Assembly (NCBI GenBank): GCA_024679065.1
Contig: JAGIQG010000013.1
Span: forward strand, 74,276,001-74,340,000
Direction: 5' to 3'
Source: Sphyrna mokarran
Taxonomy: Eukaryota
Length of the DNA stretch: 64,000 nt
Part shown: positions 52,830 to 64,000 of the stretch, in pieces
Numbering within the stretch: position 1 is the first letter of the stretch
How the letters are laid out: each line of letters opens with the position of its first letter
Translations under genes and position numbers: made by a program
The notes under the pieces: model-generated
Seen by the model: the letters and a program-made list of their open reading frames with translations, nothing else
Database searches by the model: none
Told to the model about the DNA's origin: nothing

Positions 52830-54730
52830 CATAGAAACTAGAAACGGGAATAGGTCATTCAGCTCTTCAAGCGTGCTCCTCCATTCATTTTGATCATGGC
52901 TGATTGTTGAATTCAAAATCCTGATTCCCACCTTCTCCCAATATCCCTTGATCCTTTTAGCTCCAAGTTCTATATCTAATTCCTTCTTGAAATCACACAA
53001 CATTTTGGTTTCAACTACATTCTGTAGTAGTAGATTCCATATATTCACCATTCCCTGGGTGTAGAAGTCTCTCCTCACCTCAGGTCTAAAAGGTTTATCC
53101 CTTATCCTCAAGGTGTGACCCCCTAGTTCTGGATTCCCCCACCATCGGGGATATTCTTTCTGAATCTACCCTGTCTAACCCTATTAGATTTTTATACAAT
53201 TTATGAGATCCCCTCTCTCTTTTCTAAATTTCAATGAATATAACCTTAACTAACTTAGTCTCTCCTTATATGTCATCCCAGGAATCAGTTGGTAAAGTTT
53301 CGCTGTACTCCCTCCATAGCAAGGAAATCCTTCCTCAGATAAGGACACCAACACTGCACACAATAGTCCAGGTGTGGCCTCATCAACACCCTATACAAGG
53401 GAAAAAATCAGGAGCAGTTTTCACAAAGCAGAAATCTGTAATCCTATTCCTCAAAAGGATGCGGATATTGGGACAATTGAAGGTTTGAAGACTGAGATTT
53501 GTTTAAGGGTATCAGGCAATACGCAATAAAAGAAGGGGGAGAAACTAGGTCAAGAGAAAATCATTTAGTCCCTCAAACTCTTTCTGCCCCACGTTAAGAT
53601 TATGATTGATCTGCAACCTAATTCTATACAGCAACTTTGACCCATAGGCAGCATTCTATGACTCGCCCTGTCTAAGATTCTCCAGTGTTGCTGCTGTGAA
53701 TGGAGATTTAGCTGAATGTCGAATTCTCTGTTCTGACTGGCAGCAGTGGCAAGACTGGAGAATTCCAGCCATAATCTCTTAATACCTTCGGCGAACAAAA
53801 TCCCATCAATCTCAATTTTAAACATAACAACTGATCAATTGCTGTTTACAGAGAGAATTCCAACCTTCTCTCACCCTTTGTGTGAAGAAGTGTTTCCTAA
53901 TTTCACTCTTGGAAACTCTGGCCCTCACATTTAGTTCACGTCTCCAAATGATAGAATCCCTAACCAGCAGAGGTAGTTTCTCCAAATTTACTGTCTGTTT
54001 CCCTGCATCTTTTGAAAACTTCAGTCAAATCACCCATTAACCTTCTAAATTTCTGGTTGTGTAATTTTGCTTTGTAATTTAATCTTTGGAGTCATGGTTT
54101 CGTTCTGGCAAATCAACACTGCTCTCCCTCCAAGACCAATAAACCTTTCCAGAGGCGTGTTACCCAGCACTGCTCGTAGTATTCCAGATGTGCTCTAACC
54201 AGGATTTTGTATATCTGAAGTGTGACTTCTAACTGCTTGCATTCTAATCCACTGGACATAAAGGCCAGTATTCCATTAGCCTTTGTGACCATTTTCTGTA
54301 CCTATCTATCCCTGACATTTTAATGATCTATGTACTTGGACCCTCAACCCTCTTTGGACCTGCACTGACCCTAACTTTTTTCCTTTTTAGAAAGGACCCT
54401 GTTCTATCCATGTTCAAAGGATGACCATACAATTGCCTACAGTCAAATCTATTTATTACAGTTTTGCCCAATCACATAATCTATTTCTCTTTGTAATTTT
54501 TTTGTTTCCATCTAAGCTGCGTATGATACAGCTGACCTTTGTGTAACCATGAAATTTGGATACATGCCTTTCTATGTTATGAATACAATTGATTTTTGGA
54601 GTCCCAACACAGATCCTTGCGGAACACTATTTAATAATCTGCGAATTAGAGTACCTGCCCATTATCTCTACTGTCTTCACGGATTCAGCATTTTCCTAAT
54701 GTAGTCAATCATTTCAATCCCCAAAGCTTC
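52830..54730 (-). mobile_element. Old CR1 3' fragments
   Basis: RIRDKPFRPEVRRDFYTQ..VNIWN.L ORF remnant; aactgcacacaatagtccaggtgtggcct; a second decayed copy at 53750-54730. Confidence 0.75.
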
Positions 54731-56099
54731 AAAGTAATATAATGAAGTTGTGATATAATGAAGCCATTGTTCATGATTGAATAGTGGAGCAGGATTGAAA
54801 GGGCTGAATGCCGCTTGTTATTTCTATGTTTCTAACAACGTTCCAGGGTTACCAGGAGATGTTTGCTGACTTCTGACCTGTACTGTGACAACTGAATCCT
54901 ACAGTAGTTATATGATCCTGCCTCAATCTATGACCTGAATGTTCCAGTCACAGGATTGTCAGGGATTGATTGTATGACCAATAATATGTGTCAGAACACT
55001 GTGGAAGCCCTAACACACGGATCTATATGGGAATCACCCAAGGAGTTAAAAGTTTTGGAACCCTGCATGAATGTTTCCAATTCTGAGCAGACACCTTTGG
55101 ATAGAGAAGTACCCAGGAAATATTAGACACATCAATACCTGGTTGAATGCCTACACCCTTCACCCATCCCGCCAAAAATAACTCTACCTCACCCCTCTTC
55201 CCTCCCCCAGCTCCTGGATCAAATCCAACTACTCTCCCTCCCTGACTATCACCCATCCACCCCACTAGACCATGAGTACTGTTCCAACTCGACTATACCC
55301 CGACCATCCCCAATCTCAGCACAACAAACTCCCAACTGCCCGGCTCACCAATCTCACCCATCACCTGACTACACTTCCAACCACACCCTGACCTGACTAC
55401 ATCCTCCAACTTCATTACTGCCTCCCCCAGTTCAACTATCCTATCCCCTCAGCCACCTACTCATGGTGCAGCCAATCCTCCTGGGACAGTCCCACCAATC
55501 CCCCAGTGGCTATTGAAAGCAGTCTAAAAAACTTTAAAATGTCATTTTAAGCAAGTAAATTGATACGCAGAATAATTCATCATTCATTGTAAAATGGGGT
55601 GATATAATGGCATTCCTGGCAGCGTGATGATATAAAATGTAAACTGGCTCTGACATGGGTCAGACACACATACCTGCACTCATTTGTCTTCTAATTATAG
55701 AGGAGGTTAAAGGCCAAGCTCTCACATGTAGTTGGAGAGAAGAATAGACATAATGGAATGGTGACTGCCATGTCTCTGAGTGCTAATTTGCCCAAGAGGA
55801 AGTTTGGAAAGATGCTGCTGTAGGTGAATGTGGAGTGAGAGGGCAGTCAGCATTTCTACAGGAATTTGTTTCAGTGATCGCATGGAATGGTCGCAGGAAG
55901 TTGCATTAATATGGTTGTGGAGTTAGAGATAAATATGGGAGGAAGAAAGAAATGGAAGGTTATGCTGACTGGCTGAGTTAAAATAGGAGAAGAAGAGCTG
56001 GTGTGGAGCTGCTAAGCAGAATAGCAAACTTGTGTACTATACATTTTATGTAGTCCCCTATTCCCTTTGAGTTTCACCGGTTGTCGTTCAAGAATGAAA

Positions 56100-59030
56100 T
56101 AGGAAGTTGTGTTTACTTACATCACTTTAAAAGCAACAAAGGGGATACTTTAGTGGTTATGGGTGGTGTATGTTACAGGGAGATTGTAGCAAAATGTAAC
56201 TATTTATATTCATTCATTCAATATTTAAAGTTTATTTATTAGTCACAAGTAAGGCTTACATTAACACAGCAATGACATTACTGCAAAATTCTCCAGTCGC
56301 CACCCTTCGGTGCCTGTTCAGGTCAATGCACCTAACTAGCACATCTCTCAAACTGTATATACAAGATGGTTTTCTAGTACAGTATGTTGAGGAACCAACC
56401 AGAGATTAGATTATTAATTAATAATCTCATTATAAAGGAACCTTTAGGGAATAGTGACTATAATATGATGGAATTTTACATTAAGTTTGAAAACAATGTA
56501 ATTCAATCTGAAACTAGATCATAAATCTGAAGAAAGAAAACAACAGAAGTATGAGGGGCAAGCTGCCTTTTGTATATTGGGAAATTACATTATATATGAT
56601 GGTAGACAGGCAATGGCTAGCATTTTAAACATTAATACATGGTTTACAGCAAATTTACATTCCTCTGAGGCACAAAAATCTCAGCAGGAAAGTAATCCAA
56701 CCATGGCCATTAAGAGTAGTTAAGGATTATATTAGATTGAATAGAGAGGGCCATAAAGTTGCCAAAAAAGTAGTAAGCCCAAGGATCGGCCATATTTTAG
56801 AATTCAGCAAAGGAGAACCAAGAAATTGGTCCACCTTGTTGTCTAATGAGGGGCATACACACGATGGGTCGTGAGAGAACTGCTCTTGGATCTTTTTTGA
56901 GAGTATCCTAGTGCTTCGTGTCGTTAGTGTACACTTGACCTGGACCATTTGATGGGCAACACGACAGCTCAGTGACTATCGCTGTGCTGTGCAGATACAT
57001 GGATTTGGGCCTGTGTCTGTGGGAGTTTGTGCATTCTCCCCGTGCTTGCGTGGGTTTTCTCTGGGTGCTCCGGTTTCCTCCCACATCCCAAAGATGTACC
57101 CTTAGGCTCTTAGAAAAACAAATTCTCCCTAAATTGTCTCAAATTTGGTTTTTAATCCATAAATCTATAAACATAGACAGGGATCACGGTAGAGGTGGGA
57201 ACATTGGGGTGGCAGCGCAGGCTTGTTGGGCCGAAGGGCCTGTTTCCCGTGCTGTTTTGTTCTTTGTTCTTTGTAAATTGACAAAGAAAGAAAAAATAGA
57301 ATTTGAAAGTAAACTAGTGAGAAACATAAAAATGGAATATAAAATCTTCTATAAGCGTGTAAAAGGGAAAAGATTCACAAAAACTACTGTGTGCTAAATA
57401 CAGCCACAGACAAAAGAATTTAAAATGGGAACAGGGAAATGGCAGAGAAACTGAACAAATATTTTGTTTGCCTTCACAAAGGAGGCTACAAAGAAAATCT
57501 CCCTGAAACATTAGAGAACCAGGGGACTAATGACACTGAGGTCCTGAAAATTAGTATTGAAATAGTGCTGAAGAAATGGGACTGAAAGTTGGTAAGTCTC
57601 TTGGATCTGAATGCCTACACCCCAGACTGCAGAAAGAGGTGGCTGTAGAGATTGTAAGATGTGGTCATCTCTCAAAATTCAAAAGATTCTGGAATACATT
57701 CTGCAGATTGAAAGGTAGCAATGTTATGCTACTATTTAAAAAAGGAGAGAGAAAAGAGGGAACTATTGTCAGTCTGGAGTCAGTAATAGGGAAAGTACTG
57801 GAGTCTAATATAATGGAATATGATAACTGGACATTGAGAAAGAAATGTTAGGATTGGTCATATTCAATATAGATTTATGAAAGGGAAACCATGTTTGACA
57901 AATTTACTAAGTTAACTTTTAAGTTAATTTATCAGCATCACAAGCAGGCTTACATTAACATTGCAATGAAGTTACTGTGAAAATCCCCTAGTCGCCAATC
58001 TCTGGTGTCTGTTTCGGTACACTGAAGGAGAATTTAGCATAGCCAATGCACCTAACCAGCACGTCATTTGGACATTAGCTATTTGAGGATGAAACTAGCA
58101 GAATAAATAAAGGAGAATCAGTGGATGTGGTATATTTGGAGTTTTAAAAGACTTTCAGAGAAGTTCCACACAGAAGGTAAGCAAAATTAGAACACGTGAT
58201 TGGGGGTAATATATGGATTAAGGATTGGTTGATGGACATAAAATAGAGAAAATGAATGAACAGGTCAGTTTCGGGTTGGCAGCCTGTTGTTAATGGGGTA
58301 CCACAAGGATTAGTGCTCAGGCCCAGCTATTCACAATTTATATCAATGATTTCAATGCAGGGACCAAAAGGAAACATTTCCAAATTTGCTGAGGACAAAA
58401 CTAGGTGTGAAAGGCCTCAAGTCACTAAAAGTTAGTACGCAGGTACAATATCAATTAGAAAGATAAATGGTATGTTGGCTTTTATTGTAAAAGAATTGAG
58501 TGCAACAGCGTCTTCTGAGACAGTAACTGGAGGATGTGCTGCTTTGGCTTCTTTACCTAAAGAAGGGTACACTTGCCATAGCTGGAGTGTAAGAGAGGTT
58601 CACCAGGCTGATCCCTGAGTGGTGGGACTGTCTACAAGAAGGGATTAAAGATGCTGAGACTGTATTTTCTAAAGTTTAGAAGAATGAGATATGACTGCAT
58701 TGAAATACACAAAATTCTTTCGGGCACTTCAGGGTAAATGTAGGAAGACTATTTCCCTCAGCTGCAGGGGAGGCATTGAGAAAAGGAATCACAGTCTTAG
58801 AATAAGTAGTAGGCCATTTAGGACTGAGATGACATACAACATCTTTCACCGAGAGTAAATCTTTGGATTTCTCTGCCCCAGAGGGGTGTGCAGACTCAGT
58901 CACTGAGTATGTAGAAGACAGATATGAATAGATTTCTAGTTCTTGAAAGTATTAGAATAGTGCAGGAGTATGGGAGTGTTGATGTAAATCAGCCATAATC
59001 TAGTTGATTACTCCTATTTCTCTATTCCTA
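56100..59030 (+). mobile_element. Long decayed CR1 ORF2 with SINE insertions (56225-56350, 56950-57270, 57935-58075)
   Basis: Remnants gggaatagtgactataat (GNSDY), LFKKGERK, MKGKPCLTNL, gtggatgtggtatatttgga, ggggtaccacaagga (GVPQG) and aaatttgctgaggac. Confidence 0.8.
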
Positions 59031-59374
59031 CCAGGTCATTTGCGTTTCTTGGTATATATCAATGAATTAGATGTAAATGTTTTGCAAGCTTATGATCACA
59101 TACGTATATTAATTACTTCCTCCCTCACTGTGGCCTTCCCTGGTAAAGACAGATGTAAAATATTCATCTAAGACCTCAGCTATTTCCCCTCACTCTACGT
59201 GTAAATCCCACTTGTAGTCCCTAATTGGCCCTATTCCTCTTTTTACTATTTATACCTGTGGAAGAGTTTGGGATTCCTTCTTATGTTCACTGCCAGTCTC
59301 TCATACTCCTTCTTTACTTCTTTCATCTGTTCTTTACCTCCTCTCTGAACTTACTATATTCAGCTTCGGTCTTA

Positions 59375-60376
59375 TAGAACATAGAACATAGAACATTACA
59401 GCACAGAACAGGCCCTTCGGCCTTCGATGTTGCGCCGACCAATATAAAAAGCAATGCCCCTCCAAACTAAACCATTCCCTTCTCTTCCATATACTTATCA
59501 AATAACCTCTTAAACGCCACCAAACTTGGCGCATCTACAACTGCTGCAGGCAGGCATTCCACTCCCGAACCACCCTTTGGGTAAAGAACCTACCTCTGAT
59601 ATCCGTCCTATAACTATCACCCCTTAATTTAAAGCTGTGTCCCCTCGTGCTAGCTTTATCCATCCTAGGAAAAAGGCTATCACTGTCCACCCTATCTAAA
59701 CCTCTAATCATCTTATATGTTTCGATTAGGTCCCCTCTTAGCCGCCTCCTTTCTAACGAAATCAACCTCAAATCCCTCAGCCTCTCTTCATAAGACCTGC
59801 CCTCCATACCAGGCAACATCCTGGTAAACCTCCTCTGTACCCTCTCCAATGCCTCCACATCTTTCTTATAATGTTGGGACCAGAACTTCACACAATACTC
59901 CAAGTGCGGCCGCACTAGAGTTTTGTACAGTTGCAACATGACGTTGCGGCTCCGAAATTCAATCCCGCTACCAATAAAAGCTAAGACTCCATATGCCTTC
60001 TTAACAACCTTCTCGACTTGACTGCCTACTTTCAGGGATCTATGCACATACCCACCAAGATCCCTCTGTTCATCAACACTACTAAGAATCCTACCATTAG
60101 CCCTATACTCTACACATTTATTATTTCTGCCATAGTGCATTACCTCACACTTTTCCCCATTAAACTCCATTTGCCACCTCTCGGCCCAGCTCTGCAACTT
60201 GTCCAAGTCCCTCTGCAAACTATAACACCCTCTTCACTATCTACCACTCCACCGACTTTAGTGTCATCTGCAAATTTACTAATCCATCCTTCAATACCCT
60301 CATCCAGATCATTTATAAAAATTACAAACAGCAGGGTCCCAAAACAGACCCCTGAGGTACACCACTTGTCACCGAC
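59375..60376 (-). mobile_element. Third young CR1 copy (5'-truncated), nested in an older minus-strand CR1
   Basis: ORF 59535..60218 is near-identical to the other two young copies; (tagaaca)n tail; older CR1 remnants on both sides. Confidence 0.95.
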
Positions 60377-60486
60377 ACAATAGGCACAGTTTTCTTTCTT
60401 TATCTTAATTTCTATCTGTTTTGTCATCCAGAAAACTCTGGATTTGTTTGCCCTGCCCTCACTTACAAGGGAATGTACTTTGATTT

Positions 60487-60561
60487 AATCTTATTGAATT
60501 TCATTTTCAATTTCATTATCTCAATCTTATTGAATTTCATTTTCAATTTCATTGTCTCAAT
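60487..60561. repeat. 36-bp tandem duplication
   Basis: aatcttattgaatttcattttcaatttcatt(a/g)tctc occurs twice. Confidence 0.9.
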
Positions 60562-60567
60562 AGCATA

Positions 60568-61030
60568 TGAAACACAGAATACCTGATTCTGAGAGTTCAA
60601 CTTTATTCTACATCAAGAAAGTAGAAATAAAGACAGACCAAAAAAAAAGAACTACACGGCCATCAAATCAATTGCGCCGAGACTCAGTGTAAATTACACT
60701 GTCATACACATAATCATTCCCTACTTTAAAGGTACACAGAGTTTCTTAGCTTCTCTCCCCTGAAAAATCAAACCGTGATCTTTGTAGTTCAATCCATGTG
60801 AATCGATCTTTTTAAAATTACAATCACCACTGATACAAGCACGAGTCTCTGATAGGTATGGACAATGTAAGTAGCGGGAACTTTATCAAGTGATTCTGGA
60901 TCAAAATGGGGACTATAACAAGATTTAGGAATTCTGTCAGTTGAAGAAAGTCTCGAACTGTCAGATCCAGAGGTACGTAATCTTCAAGCATTGTTCATGG
61001 GTCAGGTAGAGAAGGAGTGGTTCTTCAAGA
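60568..61030 (-). mobile_element. Possible LTR retrotransposon 3' remnant (pol end, PPT, LTR)
   Basis: Minus strand has 'LEDYVP', the purine tract ggggagagaag (~60751-60761), an AATAAA and a ...tgtgtttca end. Weak evidence. Confidence 0.35.
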
Positions 61031-62269
61031 AAACCAATCACATCTTGTCTCCTCCCAAACATGGTTTAGCAGTACCTCTTCCCTCCCCTATGACTTGCCA
61101 TGATCTCATGACCTTTCCTCCCGCAATCTAAATACTGTCCAGTAATCTCAGAGTGCCCCACAATTTAACAAATCCCTCATGATCTGCTAACCCAACAATC
61201 TAATGATTCCACAATCTAACAACACCATGCAATCTGAGGTCTCCTCCTTCATCTGATGATCTCCAGAGTTGAACAATCCCTAGCGTCTAAAGTTCCTTGT
61301 GATCCAATGATCTTGTAATGTACTAATTCCTGTGATCTAACAAACCCTCATGATATAATAATTCTTCAAACTATCCACCCCCTGTCCCTCTCCCCCATTT
61401 TTCCTGCCTCACTGTTGCACTGAATGTCTCCCTTCATCAAATTACAATCTGCTCAATTACTCAGCAATGTTCTCATCCCATCTGGCAGCTACCTGAATTG
61501 TGAGTCTAACTTTCCAACATGGCAAAATCAAGCTGGATTCTTGCATTCCGAGTATTTATGGGTTTCCCATATTTATGAGTATTTATGGGATTCCCAATCC
61601 TTAAGAAGTGCCTCCTGATCCTTCCTCACCTCCTCATAATAACTGCAGTCTAAATATCAGATTCTTATTAAAATTATAGTGTTGAAACAGGTACCTACCA
61701 GCAAATATCCCCTTCTTTCTTAGCATCCATATATGTTCTTTAATATTAAAGTAGTACTATAATATTCCCATCTCAACTGGTTAGCCATGGTTCAATAGCA
61801 ACATTCATGTCTGAAAGAGGAGATTGTGGATGCAAGTCCCAGTCCTGAACTGATACTGAAGCCCAACATAGAAAAACTGTAGGACGTTAAACTGAGGTCC
61901 TCCTCTGACGTCGCAGATAGATGTAAAAGATCCCTTGATGCTACTTGAAGAACAAGAAGTTCTTCAAAAACTGGGAAGTATTTTGTTGGCTACAAAGTGC
62001 TTTGCCACATCCTGATTTTACAAAAGGCATTATATAAATCTTTCTCTTTTTGGCTCCTTTACTCTCAGTCTGATCAATTAGAAAATGATCATCCACTCGG
62101 TTTAACCTATCAATATAGCTTGGTTGGCACACTGGTTTTCTTGGAGGCACACACCTTAATTTCTGCAGACAGTTGTTCCCACCTCTGTTCACATGTAAAT
62201 CCAGTAACTCATGCAGCACCCCTCAGTAAGTCACTGGAGTGTCTGCCACAACTCAATTCCTTCTTCTGA

Positions 62270-62660
62270 ATTAGAAGACCATGAGTGAAAGGTCCACCAC
62301 AGAGACAAAATCCAGGTTGACACTCCTGTGCACTGTTGAGGGAGTGCTACACTGTCAGAAGTGGCATCTTTCAGATGAGGCATCAAATTAAGGCCCCATC
62401 CATCCTCACAAGTTAATGTAAAGGATCCCATGGCAGCATTTTGAAAAGCAATGGACTTCTCCCTGGAGTCCTGGGCAATCTTTAACTCTCAAACAACACT
62501 AAAAAATAGATCGGTTCTTTATCACATTGCTGTTTGCAGCAGCAAATTGATTGTTGATATTCTCACACTGAAAAGAATCCCTACACTTCAACAAGCACAA
62601 AAAGGATTTAGAGACACCCAGATGTCATAACAGACACTATATAGATGCAAGTCTTTCCGT
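62270..62660 (+). mobile_element. Deu-domain SINE (SacSINE1-like); a decayed related copy lies at ~61790-62050
   Basis: gagggagtgctacactgtcagaagtggcatctttcagatgaggcatcaaa...gtaaaggatcccatggca...ctatatagatgcaagtcttt. Confidence 0.65.
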
Positions 62661-63441
62661 CTGTATATTCAATTATTTAAGTGTTATTTTTCTGAACAAT
62701 GCTGACATTGATCAATTCTGTTCACAGAATCGATCATTCACTCAGAGCTTCATGTGTACAAATTATAAATGGTTCATCAGGGATGTGTAAAATGAGGTTG
62801 GATATTATGGAGCTTTGCATTATTACCTTTGGGAGAGAGCTAAAAACTCCGCAGTCTTCCATTAGGAAATTAACTAAACTAAATTGAACTGATAGTATAT
62901 TTGTGTGCTCCGTAGGAAACAGGCTTGACAGGTGAATGACTATTGCTCATTTCTAAGTGAGAGATTATTACATTCATCTCTTCTTCTGTCAAATTCTAGT
63001 TATAAGTAAATTAAGATATCAAAAATCTTGCATCAGATGCATAGAGGCTGATTCTCGGCTTACCACTAACCAAGTTATACCTAAAATGTGGAGATTTCAC
63101 AGACTTACTGCTGGATAGACCACTTGTTCATGAACAACATAGTGTATATTAATAGGGGTTGACTGACTTGTCAGATCTCTAATTTTATCTCTACCTGCAT
63201 TGTTACTGCAATCTCACCAACTTATTTTCAAACCGGGTGGGATTTGTGACCTATCACTCTTCAACCATCCTCAATGTTAAATCTCACTTCACTGCTTCTG
63301 CTGCCTATCAGGAATGACAAATATGTTGCAGGTTAATGCTTCGTTCAGTTTCTGCAATTGAAGCCTCATTTCTAATACTGTCTGCAGAACCTTCACTCAA
63401 CCAGTTCAGAACAAAAAATTGCTCTTTGTGTTCTATTTATA

Positions 63442-64000
63442 GGGCAGCATGGTAGCGTATTGGTTAGCTCTGCTACCTCTTAAAGTCAGGGACCCAGGTT
63501 TGATTCCCAGCTGTCATAGAAGCCCTACAGTGCAGAAGGTGCCATTTACCCATTGAGTCTGCACTGACCACATCCCACCCAGGCCCTATTCCAGTAACCC
63601 CACATATTTACCCTGCTAATCCCCTGACAATAAGGAGATTGTCAACCTACACTGCACATCTTTGGACTGTGGGAGGAGACCAGAGCACCTGGAGGAAACC
63701 CATGCAGACACAGGGAGAATGTGCAAATTCCACACAGTGACCCAAGACCAGAACTAAATTGGGTCCCTGGCGCTGAGAGGCAGCAGTGCTAACCACTGAG
63801 CCGCCATACATCCACTGTCTGTGAGTTGTTGTGTTCTCCCTGTGTCTGTGTGGGTTTCCTCTGATTGGCTCCCACAGTCTGAAAGGCATTCTTGTTAGCT
63901 GCATTGGCTATGCTAAATTCTCTCTCAGTGTACCCAAACAGGTGCTGAAGTGTGGCAACTAGGGGATTTTCACAGTAATCTCATTGCAATATTAATGTAA
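63442..64000. mobile_element. HE1-related SINE (+) interrupted by an HE1-like SINE (63515-63807, minus)
   Basis: Plus head gggcagcatggtagc...gggacccaggtttgattcccagct stops near 63514 and resumes at cactgtctgtgag near 63813. Confidence 0.85.

Noticed and set aside
28500-64000. HTR2A or another neighbouring gene expected from human synteny
   Set aside because: No GPCR-like or other host-protein ORF recognised. Hydrophobic short ORFs such as 39197..39424 lack family motifs. Very small exons cannot be excluded.

Overview
AT-rich, repeat-dense eukaryotic DNA. The repeat content (HE1-type tRNA SINEs, Deu-domain SINEs, many CR1 LINEs, Penelope-like elements) points to a cartilaginous fish, probably a shark (inference). 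The only host gene is the 5' part of ESD (esterase D / S-formylglutathione hydrolase) on the minus strand: a CpG-rich promoter with a probable non-coding exon 1 near 28.3 kb, and five coding exons (68, 89, 99, 125 and 120 nt, all GT-AG) ending with the GHSMGG nucleophile exon at 1630-1749. The remaining exons lie left of the window. Everything from ~28.5 to 64 kb is intergenic and mostly nested transposon debris. The most notable signal is a 5'-truncated Penelope-like retroelement (46912-48600) with inverted pseudo-LTRs, each carrying a minimal type I hammerhead ribozyme motif with an intact core. Other points of interest are a G-rich 31-bp minisatellite beside the ESD promoter, an inverted pair of young CR1 copies bracketing that promoter, a twin-priming-like CR1 inversion and an 18-bp expansion inside a SINE. 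I found no evidence for a wholly new multi-gene system. Most ORF-track entries are TE fragments or chance ORFs. Repeat family names come from recognition, not database searches, and repeat boundaries are approximate.
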